From: Treponemataceae bacterium
GTDB taxonomy: Bacteria; Spirochaetota; Spirochaetia; Treponematales; Rectinemataceae
Length of the DNA: 64,000 bases
Reading direction: 5' to 3'
Assembly (NCBI GenBank): GCA_963678065.2
Contig: CAXXVZ010000003.1
Span: forward strand, 960,001-1,024,000
Shown here: one piece after another, positions 50,131 through 59,444 of the stretch
Position numbering within the stretch: position 1 is the first letter of the stretch
Layout of the letters: every line of letters begins with the position of its first letter
Notes under the pieces: model-generated
Seen by the model: the letters and a program-made list of their open reading frames with translations, nothing else
Databases searched by the model: none
What the model was told of the DNA's origin: nothing
Made by a program: the position numbers and the translations under genes

Positions 50131-50529
50131 TCAGGGTCCGATGATGTCTTTCAGTGTTCTCGAGCCCAGGTAGCCGTCTATCGATTGCTTCAAGCCGATC
50201 CAGAATTTGCGAGGCAGGCAGGCGTCCCCGAGACAGCATTGCCCCATATCGTTCACGCAGCCCACAGGCTTGATCTCTCCTTCGAGCGCGTTCACGACTT
50301 CGAGCATGTGGATGGCGTCGGGGTCGCGGGAGAGTCTGTATCCTCCGTGTTTGCCCCGCTCGGAGATCAGGAAACCCGAGGCCGCGAGTCGCGAGAGTAT
50401 GCCTTCGAGGTATTTCGGGGAAATGGATTGAGCCTCGGCGATTTCGGCAGCCGTAGCCGCCTCGCCTATTTCAGCGAGGTGAACCAGGGCGCGAATGCCG
50501 TATTGTGTCTTGGCAGTGACCGAAAACAT
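50131..50529 (-). CDS. Rrf2 family regulator (IscR/CymR-like)
   Basis: YGIRAL, ISPKYLE.IL, RGKHGGYRL, Cys cluster C-VNDMGQ-CC-LGDA-C. Confidence 0.92.
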   Translation of the reverse strand: MFSVTAKTQYGIRALVHLAEIGEAATAAEIAEAQSISPKYLEGILSRLAASGFLISERGKHGGYRLSRDPDAIHMLEVVNALEGEIKPVGCVNDMGQCCLGDACLPRKFWIGLKQSIDGYLGSRTLKDIIGP

Positions 50530-50541
50530 GTAATCCCCGTA

Positions 50542-50564
50542 ATTCCTATAGATTTAATAGGAAT
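50542..50564. promoter_or_regulatory. Palindromic operator, probably for Rrf2 autoregulation
   Basis: ATTCCTAT-7-ATAGGAAT just upstream of the Rrf2 start codon. Confidence 0.7.
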
Positions 50565-50590
50565 ATGCTCTGGCGGGGAAAAAAAGTCAA
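50562..50590 (-). promoter_or_regulatory. sigma70 promoter of the Rrf2-isc operon
   Basis: TTGACT-17 bp-CATATT, with the -10 overlapping the operator. Confidence 0.6.
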
Positions 50591-50655
50591 TATGCCGCAG
50601 GACCTGCTCCCTTCGGGCCTGTCCGAAACAGGGCAAAATCTGTACTATTGCGCCG

Positions 50656-51579
50656 ATGGCGAATCCTTCCCTGGTTCAGACCCTGGTCCTCTTCCTCCTC
50701 ATCTGCGTCGGTTATGCGGCCGGCAAGACGGGAAGACTCGATGCCGCGACAGCGAAAAAGATGTCGAAATTTCTCGTCGACTTCGTGCTTCCCGCACTCA
50801 TCGTCGCATCGATGCAGAAACCCTTCTCGGGCGAGCTCCGGGACCAGGCCTTCAGGATGCTGGGGCTTTCCGCCGCCATCTACGCGGCAGCCTTTCCCCT
50901 GGCCTACCTCTTCGCCAAGCTCATCGGAACAAAAGGAGCGGAGAGGGGAAGCATCATCTTCGGCGCGGTCTTCTCGAACTGCGCCTTTATGGGGATTCCG
51001 ATCATCGCTTCCATATATGGCTCGGATTCCATCTTCCAGCTCTCGGTTTTCAACATCCCCTTCCAGGTTCTCGCCTTCTCCGTGGGAGCCTTCATCATAG
51101 CAAAAAGCGGAAGCGGCAGACTCAAGCTGGGCCTCTCATCCTTTGTCACGCCCGCGGTCGTCGCGACGGTACTGGGTTTCACCCTCTTCCTCGCCAACAT
51201 CCGCCTCCCCGCGGTGCTGACGGAAACTCTCATTCCTCTGGGCGACATGACGACGCCGCTCTCTTCCGTCATCATCGGCTCTGTCATCTCGAGGATGGAT
51301 CCCAAGGCATTCATACTGTCCTGGCGCGTCCACGCGACAGCCCTGTACAGGCTGACTGTCTTTCCGCTCCTCGTCTACGCCGCGCTCAAAGTAGCAGGAT
51401 TCAGCGGTTTCGAGCTGGGCATGCCGGCCCTCGTCTTCGCGATGCCCGTCGCGGCCAACACGACCATATTGGCCGAGGCCTACGGCGGGGATTCGGGGAC
51501 AGCGAGCGCCCTTGTCTTCGTGTCGACGATACTTTCCCTGATCACGATACCGGCCGCGGCGACCTTTCTGACCCGCTGA
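50656..51579 (+). CDS. AEC (auxin efflux carrier) family transporter
   Basis: About 10 TM helices; LPALI, FSNCAFMGIP, AMPVAAN, STILSLITIP. Confidence 0.88.
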   Translation: MANPSLVQTLVLFLLICVGYAAGKTGRLDAATAKKMSKFLVDFVLPALIVASMQKPFSGELRDQAFRMLGLSAAIYAAAFPLAYLFAKLIGTKGAERGSIIFGAVFSNCAFMGIPIIASIYGSDSIFQLSVFNIPFQVLAFSVGAFIIAKSGSGRLKLGLSSFVTPAVVATVLGFTLFLANIRLPAVLTETLIPLGDMTTPLSSVIIGSVISRMDPKAFILSWRVHATALYRLTVFPLLVYAALKVAGFSGFELGMPALVFAMPVAANTTILAEAYGGDSGTASALVFVSTILSLITIPAAATFLTR

Positions 51580-51597
51580 ACGCGGGCTGACCTCCGC

Positions 51598-52770
51598 CTA
51601 TTTGAGCAGCTCCATCCCCTCGAAGCTGCGGTAGGGCACGAGTTCGTCGAAGACGAAGCCGTAGCCCGTCGAACCCGCGGGCCGCTCGCCCGAAGATCCG
51701 GCGGCTATGCATTCGGCGAGGATCTTGCCGAGCCCCGGACCGATCATGAAGCCCTGACCGCACATGCCTACAGCCAGAAGGAAGTTGGAGATTTCGCGCG
51801 GATAGCCCACGATCGGGAGCCCGTCGGGAGTCATGGGGTACATTCCTCTCCAGGTCCTCCTGACACGGAGGTTCCGAAGCCGCGGGTAGAGTTCGATCAT
51901 CCTGCGGACACAGAGCGGCAGGAAAGAGGAGGTGGAATCCTTGTCCTTCCCCCAGACCTGCGGCCTCGGCGTTATGCAGAACACGACCTGTCCCGTGCCG
52001 CACTGGTAGAAATAGTAGTTTCCCGATTCGTCGTCGGGGCGTATGTCGACGATCATGGGCCCCATGAATCGTTCCACGGGTTCCGTCACGCCCGCCTCGT
52101 GGCAGTCGGGATGAACCGGGAGCGACACGCCCGCGCAGTCGGCGACCTCGGAGGCATCGGCGCCGGCTGCATTCACGAAGAGGGGCGCCGAATACTCATC
52201 CCTGTCCGTGACGAGGGAGGTGATTTTCTCTCCCTCCGTCCTGAAGGCGCGCACAGTCTCGCCGAAGCGGAAATCGACGCCGGACCGCATGCCGAGGGCG
52301 TGGAAGGCTGTGGAGCTCATGAGGGGCGAGGCGTAGCCGTCTCCGGGGCTGAATGTCCCGCCGATCAACCCGGCGGTATTGATGCCGGGAGCAAGGGATT
52401 CGATCCGCCCTGGACCGATCCAGTCTATGTCGAGGCCGGCCGCCTTCTGGACGACGAGGAGATCCTTGAAGGCTTTCTCCCTGACCTTGTCGTAGGCCAC
52501 GTACATGTAGCCGCCCTGGTGCCACTCTACATCGAGCCCCTGTTCCTCCTTCATGGAGGAGATTATGGCGATGGATTCGAGGCAGATCTTTATTTTGGCG
52601 GGGTCCGAATGCGTTGCGCGTATTCCTCCGATGGCTGCGCGATTCTGCCCTCTTCCCCAGGAGGCTTCCTTTTCTATGACGGTGACGGAAAGGCCCTTGC
52701 GGGAGCAATAATACGCGAGTGGGACGCCGACGGAACCGGCGCCGACAATGACGAGATCGCTCGTGATCAT
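51598..52770 (-). CDS. FAD-dependent oxidoreductase (sarcosine oxidase beta / proline dehydrogenase beta-like)
   Basis: VIVGAGSVG, VNAAG, RTWRGMYPMTPDGLPIVG, GMCGQGFMIGP. Confidence 0.88.
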   Translation of the reverse strand: MITSDLVIVGAGSVGVPLAYYCSRKGLSVTVIEKEASWGRGQNRAAIGGIRATHSDPAKIKICLESIAIISSMKEEQGLDVEWHQGGYMYVAYDKVREKAFKDLLVVQKAAGLDIDWIGPGRIESLAPGINTAGLIGGTFSPGDGYASPLMSSTAFHALGMRSGVDFRFGETVRAFRTEGEKITSLVTDRDEYSAPLFVNAAGADASEVADCAGVSLPVHPDCHEAGVTEPVERFMGPMIVDIRPDDESGNYYFYQCGTGQVVFCITPRPQVWGKDKDSTSSFLPLCVRRMIELYPRLRNLRVRRTWRGMYPMTPDGLPIVGYPREISNFLLAVGMCGQGFMIGPGLGKILAECIAAGSSGERPAGSTGYGFVFDELVPYRSFEGMELLK

Positions 52771-54887
52771 GGGGCCCCCCTCTGTGAGGCATCTGCCTCG
52801 ATGCGGGTTTCGCGGCCTTCGTTGACGAGGGCTGCAAAACCCGTCTCCATGTTGACGGGGCGGAGTGTCAGCCCCGCGACCTCGGCGGGGTCGACGCCCG
52901 CCTTGCGGAAGACCTGGGGCAGGAGGACCGAACAGGTTTTGGAACCGCAAGAGCCCATCCCGGCGCGGAGGGTCTTGAGCTGGTTCGCATCCCGGATTCT
53001 GTTTTCCCTGATGAAGGCCACCATCTCTCCCACAGAGATGTGTTCGCAGCGGCAGACTATGGCCTCGTCCGAGAGGGCCGAATAGGCGCATTCGCGCGAA
53101 GGCTCGGTCGCCTCAGGTCTCTGGACGCGGATGCCGATGGCCTTCGTCGCATTCGGGCCCGTCACCTGGAAGGTGAGGAGCCAGGTCTTGTTTTTCCTGT
53201 TCCAGACCTTCCGCAGGAGTTCAGCCTCCTCGAGGAAAGCCCCGTCGGTGTCGAGGAGAGCGAGCTTCGTTCCCGCCGCGAATTCGGCGGGGAACTCATA
53301 GGGGAGCACTACCTCGGCCCAGTCCTCGTCGATCCTGCGCACCATGGAGACGGCGAGTCCGGGACAGATGGCGACGCAGGCCATGCAGCCCCTGCAATCC
53401 GTTCCCTGGTAATATGGAAGATCGAGGATGTTGCCCTTGCGGGCGCGCAGACGTATGGAGTGCGTCGGGCAGACGCTCGTGCAGGGGTTGCAGGGTATCT
53501 CCTCCGTACAGAAGAAGACGGGTCTCCATGAGCTGCCGGGTTTCTCCGAATCGCGGACGATGATCTCTCCGGGACGCGACTTGAGGACTTCCCGTTTGGC
53601 TATCCAGGAGGGATCGATCTCGACTTTGTAGCCGAGAAGCTTGCCGAGCGAGAGAGCGGCGATGCGCCCCCCAAACATGGCGCTGGATGCCTCGGCTATC
53701 TCTTCCGCGTCGCCCGCGCTGACCGCGAGGAAACCGAAGTCGCGGGCCTGGCGGTAGAATTCGTCGCAGGGCGAGAGGCCTGCGGCGACGAGGACGGTGT
53801 CCACCTCGTAGACCCGCGTCGTCTCGGGTATCGGCTTGAAGTCCTTGCCGACGGCCGCGACGACGGCCCGCTGTACCCTTCCCTCTCCCTCGACGGCCAG
53901 GACCGTCGTGCTGAGGTAGACGGGCACGCCCACCCTGACGATCTTGTCGGCGTGGACCTTGTAGCCGTTCACCTTGCCGAGTATCTCGACGATGGCGGCC
54001 ACCTCGATGCCGGCCTGCAGGGCATGGTAGGCGGCTATGAGGCCCACGTTGCCGGAGCCCACGACGAGCACCCGCCTCGCGGCCTTCACCAGATCCCTGT
54101 TGACGAGGGTCTGGAAAGCCCCGGCGCCGTAGACGCCTGGCAGATCGTTGCCGGGGAATATGATGCTCCGCTCGCGGGCTCCCGTCGCCACGACGAGGGC
54201 CGTGAAGTCGACAAGGACGTAGGAAGCATAGTCGACATAGATTCCGGCTTTCCTGTCCTTGTAGATTCCGACGACGGGGCTGTTCGCGAGGATGGTCACG
54301 CTCGGCATGGAGCGGACCTGGGCTTCGAGCGTCTTCGCGATGTCGAATCCTCTCGTCCCCGCGTAGCAGTCGTCCTGGGACCCGAAGAACTTGTGCGTCT
54401 GCAGGACGAGTTTTCCGCCCAATGATGCCTTGTCGTCGGCGACGATGACAGACAGCCCCATCCGCGAGAGCTCGACGGCGGCGGCGAGGCCGGAAGGCCC
54501 ACCCCCTATGACGAGAATGTCGGCTGAAAGGCGCCTCTTTTCCATGTGCCCGGCGGGCTTGTCGTCGGCGGGCAGGACGGGGAGTCCTGTCAGGGTTCTG
54601 ACGTCCATGCCGGCGCGCAGGGGCGTTACGCAGGCCTTGCGCGCCATGCCGTCGACGATGGCTGTGCACTGCGAACACTGCCCGTTCGCGCAGAAAATTC
54701 CCTGCGGCCTGCCATCCCTGGGATGAAGTGAAAAGCGTGTCACTCCGGCTGCGACCAGCGCGGAAGAGAGGGCCTCGCCATCGTATCCCGACAATTCTTT
54801 GCCGTCAAAGTAAAAATTCACAATCACCCGGTTCCTGGGAATCTCCACGACAGGGTGCCCGGCAATCCGTTCCACACTCGCCTCCAC
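52767..54887 (-). CDS. Multi-domain FAD/Fe-S oxidoreductase (sarcosine oxidase alpha / proline dehydrogenase alpha-like)
   Basis: [2Fe-2S] CANGQCSQC; GGGPSG and GSGNVG dinucleotide folds; 2x[4Fe-4S] CNPC..CP and CRGCMAC...CP; BFD CRC..CGSKTC. Confidence 0.88.
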   Translation of the reverse strand: MEASVERIAGHPVVEIPRNRVIVNFYFDGKELSGYDGEALSSALVAAGVTRFSLHPRDGRPQGIFCANGQCSQCTAIVDGMARKACVTPLRAGMDVRTLTGLPVLPADDKPAGHMEKRRLSADILVIGGGPSGLAAAVELSRMGLSVIVADDKASLGGKLVLQTHKFFGSQDDCYAGTRGFDIAKTLEAQVRSMPSVTILANSPVVGIYKDRKAGIYVDYASYVLVDFTALVVATGARERSIIFPGNDLPGVYGAGAFQTLVNRDLVKAARRVLVVGSGNVGLIAAYHALQAGIEVAAIVEILGKVNGYKVHADKIVRVGVPVYLSTTVLAVEGEGRVQRAVVAAVGKDFKPIPETTRVYEVDTVLVAAGLSPCDEFYRQARDFGFLAVSAGDAEEIAEASSAMFGGRIAALSLGKLLGYKVEIDPSWIAKREVLKSRPGEIIVRDSEKPGSSWRPVFFCTEEIPCNPCTSVCPTHSIRLRARKGNILDLPYYQGTDCRGCMACVAICPGLAVSMVRRIDEDWAEVVLPYEFPAEFAAGTKLALLDTDGAFLEEAELLRKVWNRKNKTWLLTFQVTGPNATKAIGIRVQRPEATEPSRECAYSALSDEAIVCRCEHISVGEMVAFIRENRIRDANQLKTLRAGMGSCGSKTCSVLLPQVFRKAGVDPAEVAGLTLRPVNMETGFAALVNEGRETRIEADASQRGAP

Positions 54888-54972
54888 AAACCGAGAAATG
54901 CATATAAATGTAAAAAAACCACAATAATATTTAGAGTGAACATGAAGGATTTAGGACAAAAGTCATTGAGGC

Positions 54973-55001
54973 AGCCTAAGTCGGGGCTGATTCCCTGTCA
55001 A
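54973..55001 (-). promoter_or_regulatory. Putative promoter of the oxidoreductase operon
   Basis: TTGACA-17 bp-TAGGCT. Confidence 0.55.
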
Positions 55002-55072
55002 GCGAAAAACGTATGTTCAATAAAAATGAGTAATTATACAGTTTAAAAGATAAGAAATTCATATTCTTGCAC

Positions 55073-55101
55073 TTGCGCTTCACAAGAAAGTTGAATACGA
55101 T
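55073..55101 (+). promoter_or_regulatory. Putative promoter of the liv operon
   Basis: TTGCGC-17 bp-TACGAT. Confidence 0.55.
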
Positions 55102-55107
55102 AACGAC

Positions 55108-55331
55108 GGAGGTCGTCCAAGAGCAGTACCGGAACCGCGGAAAGTCCGCGGAGAGGATGTCCGGCCGGGCATTTCAGGCCGAAGGATTCTGACCGCTATT
55201 TTGTTATCAAACAGGAAAATCAGCAAGGAGGTCGCCGGAAAACCAAGAGACCATCCATCTCGCCAGCCCACACCGATGGCAGGCCTTCGCGCCTTGCCGG
55301 ACATCCGAACCCACAGATTATTCCGGAGGGA
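55108..55331 (+). promoter_or_regulatory. Long structured 5' leader of the liv operon (candidate cis-regulatory RNA)
   Basis: Perfect 11-bp long-range pair GGATGTCCGGC/GCCGGACATCC enclosing several hairpins. Confidence 0.45.
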
Positions 55332-55337
55332 ATGCAT

Positions 55338-56522
55338 ATGCAGAAACGGATTTTCCTGATCGTTGCGGTATTGGTAATGGTTTGCCTCCCCATGGCGGCA
55401 TTCGGTGCCCCCACTATAATAAAGATCGCCACCCAGAGCCCACTTTCGGGCGGCATGTCGGCGGTCGGAACTGACATCAAGAACGGAGCGCAGCTCGCCG
55501 TCGAGCAGCTCGCCGGCCCCCTCGCCAAACTTGGCTTCAAAGTTGAACTCGCCGCTTTCGACGACCAGGGCAACCCGGACACGGGCGTCGCGAACGCGAA
55601 GAGCATTGTCTCCGACCCCGCCGTCCTCGCCATCGTCGGCCACTACAATTCCGGTGTCCAGATTCCTTCGTCCGAAGAATATCACGCCGCGGGGCTCGTC
55701 AACGTATCCCCCGCCAACACCAACCCCAAGGTCACCGAGCGCGGCTACCTCGAAGTGAATCGCATCTGCGGCCGCGACGATGTGCAGGGCGCCGTCGGAG
55801 CCCAGTTCGCGAAGACCAAAGGCATCAAGAGCGCCTACGTCCTCCACGACAAGACCGCCTACGGCCAGGGAATCGCGGAGTACTTCAAGCGTGAGGCCGA
55901 GAGGCTCGGCATCAAGGTGCTCGGATTCGCGGGAACGGAAGAGAAAGCCAACTTCGACTCCATCCTCTCCCCCATCCTCGCCGGCAAGCCCGAGGCCATC
56001 TACTTCGGAGGCATGTTCGACCAGGCCGCGGTCCTCTTCAAACAGGCCCGTCAGAAGGGTTACAAGGGAATGTTCCTCTCCGACGACGGTTTCGACGCCT
56101 CCGATGCCGCGAAGATCGGTGGAGATACCCTCCTCCAGGGAACCGGAACCTACTTCTCGACAGTATCCGGACCGGCCAGCGCCTATCCGGGCACCGCGAA
56201 ATTCCAGGCTGACTTCAAGAAGAAGTTCGGCGCCGAGCCTCAGCCCTTCGCCGCCCAGGCCTACGACTGCGCGGCCATCGCCCTCAAGGCGATCGAAAAC
56301 GCGGCTGTCGCGGCAAAGAACAAGATGCCGACCCGCGAAGCGGTGAGCGCGGCAGTCCGCGCCCTCAAGGACTTCCCCGGAATCACCGGAACCTTCAACT
56401 TCAACGCCAAGGGTGACCTCAACAAGGCCAAATACTTCATCATCCAGGTCACCTCGGGCGATCCGGCCAAGTGGTCCATGAACAGGATCGACCAGACTCT
56501 GGATATCGAACCGCCCAAATGA
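55338..56522 (+). CDS. livK: Branched-chain amino acid ABC transporter substrate-binding protein
   Basis: Signal peptide; PLSG..G..IKNGAQLA, DDQGNP, VGHYNSG, HDKTAYGQG. Confidence 0.92.
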   Translation: MQKRIFLIVAVLVMVCLPMAAFGAPTIIKIATQSPLSGGMSAVGTDIKNGAQLAVEQLAGPLAKLGFKVELAAFDDQGNPDTGVANAKSIVSDPAVLAIVGHYNSGVQIPSSEEYHAAGLVNVSPANTNPKVTERGYLEVNRICGRDDVQGAVGAQFAKTKGIKSAYVLHDKTAYGQGIAEYFKREAERLGIKVLGFAGTEEKANFDSILSPILAGKPEAIYFGGMFDQAAVLFKQARQKGYKGMFLSDDGFDASDAAKIGGDTLLQGTGTYFSTVSGPASAYPGTAKFQADFKKKFGAEPQPFAAQAYDCAAIALKAIENAAVAAKNKMPTREAVSAAVRALKDFPGITGTFNFNAKGDLNKAKYFIIQVTSGDPAKWSMNRIDQTLDIEPPK

Positions 56523-56563
56523 TCCTTCTCTGACCGATACTCTGCCGTGAATCCGGCGACGCA

Positions 56564-56601
56564 GCGACTCTATTCCCGCTCTCGGGCGGGAATGGAGTCG
56601 C
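56564..56601 (+). other. Strong intercistronic hairpin after livK (mRNA stabiliser/attenuator)
   Basis: 16-bp stem GCGACTCTATTCCCGC/GCGGGAATGGAGTCGC with one G-U pair. Confidence 0.65.
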
Positions 56602-56710
56602 CGTGGTCCGGCGCATTTCCGCATGGTCCGGATCAGCCCGCAGCGGTAGGCCGGAACACATCAAGCTTCGGCCGGATTTCCCGGCACCGACAATGCATCC
56701 AGGAGGCTCT

Positions 56711-57886
56711 ATGCGAAGATTCCCGAGATCGGAGGCGCTGCGCGAAATCGTGCTGCCGCTTGGAAGGATGGCTGTGTTCGTCCTTGGAGCGGGGGCCCTG
56801 TTCTCCGCGATCATGATCGTCCTCGCCCTTCTGTCCAAGGGTTCGGGCGCCGACAAGCTCCTTCTCGAGACCCAACAGAGGGGCATCCTGACCTACACCG
56901 TGGCCAACCTTCCACAAACACTCATCGATGGCGTCACGCTCGGCTTCGTCTACGCCGCCATAGCCCTCGGCTACACGATGGTCTACGGCGTCCTCGAGTT
57001 CATCAACTTTGCCCACAGCGAGATTTTCGCAATCGGCGCCTTCTCCGGCGTCGAATTTCTCATCTTCATGGACAAGCTCGGCGTGCTGGCCATGGCAGGC
57101 CCATGGGGAGCCTACCTCTACCTCGTCCTCGCGCTCGCGGTCAGCATGGCCGTGTCCGGCTCGGTCGCGATGCTCATAGAGCGCACAGCCTACCGCCCCC
57201 TGCGCGATTCGCCGCGCCTCGTCCCTCTCATCTCGGCCATCGGCGTCTCATTCGCCCTGCAGGATATCATCCGCCTCGTAGAGAGTCTCACGACGGGTCA
57301 GTTCTACCGGGTCATCCCGACCTTCGGCAATTTCGACGAGAGGATAGCCCTCTTCAGCTTCGGCAACCCGGCCGACCCCGTCCTCGTCGACATCCAGGTC
57401 AAGTCTCTCGTCGTCATCGTGGCTGCCGTCCTCATGCTCGTGGGGCTCAACTACATCGTCAATGCGACGCGGATAGGTAAGGCCATACGCTCGGTTGCCC
57501 AGGACCGCAATACGGCGGCCCTCATGGGCATCGGCGTCAACGGCATCATCGCCTTCACCTTCATGATGGGAGGAGCCCTGGGCGGCGCAGCCGGCGTCCT
57601 CTACGCGCTCAAGTTCACGCGCATCGACCCCTTCGTGGGCTTCATGCCGGGCATGAAGGCCTTCACGGCCGCAGTCCTCGGCGGCATCGGCAACCTGACG
57701 GGCGCCCTCCTCGGCGGCATCGTCCTCGGCATGCTGGAGAGCTTCGCCGGAGCCTACCTCGGGACATTCACCATGGGAAATTTCGGATCGGAGTACAAGG
57801 ACATCATCGCCTTCTCCGTCCTGATCATCGTCATCATATTCCGCCCCTCGGGACTGCTCGGCGAGCAGATATCCCAGAAGGCGTGA
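56711..57886 (+). CDS. livH: BCAA ABC transporter permease
   Basis: YAAIALGYTMVYGVLEFINFAH, ERTAYRPLR, KAFTAAVLGGIG; AGGAGG RBS. Confidence 0.93.
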   Translation: MRRFPRSEALREIVLPLGRMAVFVLGAGALFSAIMIVLALLSKGSGADKLLLETQQRGILTYTVANLPQTLIDGVTLGFVYAAIALGYTMVYGVLEFINFAHSEIFAIGAFSGVEFLIFMDKLGVLAMAGPWGAYLYLVLALAVSMAVSGSVAMLIERTAYRPLRDSPRLVPLISAIGVSFALQDIIRLVESLTTGQFYRVIPTFGNFDERIALFSFGNPADPVLVDIQVKSLVVIVAAVLMLVGLNYIVNATRIGKAIRSVAQDRNTAALMGIGVNGIIAFTFMMGGALGGAAGVLYALKFTRIDPFVGFMPGMKAFTAAVLGGIGNLTGALLGGIVLGMLESFAGAYLGTFTMGNFGSEYKDIIAFSVLIIVIIFRPSGLLGEQISQKA

Positions 57887-57896
57887 GGAGGACTCC

Positions 57897-59444
57897 ATGA
57901 AAGAGCGGAACAAGAAGGCTCGGGGGGCGGCCCCCGGGAACGCACTTCGGGAATCCATCCAGGCTTCCTTGCGGGCAGCCGCCAAGGCCGCCAATGCGGG
58001 AAAGACACCCTACATTCTGTCCATCGCCCTCATCGCCCTCGGATTCGTCCTCGTCTACCTAAGCCCGCGCTCCATCCCCGCCTTCCTCGTCTTCGCCGGG
58101 GCGGCCGGACTGCCTTACTTCCTCCACATGAACCGGGCTATCAAGCTCGCGCTCGCCGTCCTCGTCGCCGTCGTCCTCGTACCCGTTTTAGGCGCGCGCA
58201 ACATATTCTATCTCGAAGTAATTTTTCAGATTGCGGTCTTCTCGGCCCTCGCCCTCGGGCTCAACATCGTCGTCGGATTCTCGGGCCTCCTCAATTTCGG
58301 CTACATGGCCTTCTACGCGGTCGGCGCCTACCTCTGGGGTTTCTTCGGTTCACAGCAGCCCCACCTCCTCCACGAGATTCCCGGAACCGCACCTCCCGGA
58401 ACACAATTCTTTCTCGCCCCCGACTGGTTCTATCTGTTCATTTTCCTCGGAATCATCGCGGCGGCCATCGTCGGACTCATCCTGGGTCTTCCGGTGCTCC
58501 GTGTGCGCGGCGACTACCTCGCCGTCATCACCCTCGGATTCGGCGAGATCGTGCGCCAGCTCGTGAACAACCTGGACAAGCCCCTCAACCTCACGAACGG
58601 GCCCCAGGGAATTTCCCCGATCCAGAGGCCCACGCTTTCACCCAATGTCATCGCTTTCTTCAACCGGATCTTCGAGCCCCTTGTCGGGAGGCCCGTGACG
58701 GTCAACCAGTTCTACAACATCCTCTTTTACCTGATCGCCCTCATCGTCGTGATCGCCGTCATCGTCGTGACCTACCGCCTCGACAACTCTAAGATCGGCC
58801 GCGCCTGGACTGCAATCCGAGAGGACGAACTCGCGGCGGGAGCCATGGGCATACCCGCCAACAAGCTCAAGCTCGGGGCCTTCGCCGTGGGAGCCTCCTT
58901 CGCGGGAGCGATGGGTGTCCTCTTCGCGGCGAGCAGAACCTTCGTGAGCCCCGAGTCCTTCAACTTCCTCCAGTCCGTCGGCGTCCTCACCATGGTCATT
59001 CTGGGCGGCATCGGAAGCATCCCCGGCGTCATCATCGGCGCGAGCGTCGTCATCATCCTCAACCTCCAGGTCCTGCAGAGCTTCTCCCTCTTCCTCTCCA
59101 GGCTCCGTCAGAGCGACGCGGTGATCCCCATCATCAACTTCGCCTGGAAGAATCTCTCGAACCAGCTCGACCCCTCCAAGTACCAGAGGCTCGTCTTCGG
59201 CATCATCCTCATCCTCATGATGATCTACAGACCTGCCGGCATCCTGCCGGCGACGAGGCGCCAGCGGGAGCTGAAGCGCCACCAGGATGACGAACTGAGT
59301 CCTGAGCGGAATGGACAGCCGGATGACGGCGGAAAGGGCGATGGAAACGGGATCTCCGGGAGCGGGACCGCGAAATCGGGCGAGACCACGGCCCAAGTCC
59401 GCAGAGATGAGGAAAAAGCCGAAAAGGGGGCCGACCGTGGCTGA
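57897..59444 (+). CDS. livM: BCAA ABC transporter permease
   Basis: ALGLNIVVGFSGLL, LRVRGDYLAVITLGFGEI, GRAWTAIREDE. Confidence 0.93.
   Translation: MKERNKKARGAAPGNALRESIQASLRAAAKAANAGKTPYILSIALIALGFVLVYLSPRSIPAFLVFAGAAGLPYFLHMNRAIKLALAVLVAVVLVPVLGARNIFYLEVIFQIAVFSALALGLNIVVGFSGLLNFGYMAFYAVGAYLWGFFGSQQPHLLHEIPGTAPPGTQFFLAPDWFYLFIFLGIIAAAIVGLILGLPVLRVRGDYLAVITLGFGEIVRQLVNNLDKPLNLTNGPQGISPIQRPTLSPNVIAFFNRIFEPLVGRPVTVNQFYNILFYLIALIVVIAVIVVTYRLDNSKIGRAWTAIREDELAAGAMGIPANKLKLGAFAVGASFAGAMGVLFAASRTFVSPESFNFLQSVGVLTMVILGGIGSIPGVIIGASVVIILNLQVLQSFSLFLSRLRQSDAVIPIINFAWKNLSNQLDPSKYQRLVFGIILILMMIYRPAGILPATRRQRELKRHQDDELSPERNGQPDDGGKGDGNGISGSGTAKSGETTAQVRRDEEKAEKGADRG

Noticed and set aside
55120..55152. 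AGTA...GGAACCGCG resembling T-box elements
   Set aside because: Lacks the GGTGG T-box core, a full stem I/specifier loop upstream, and a following terminator
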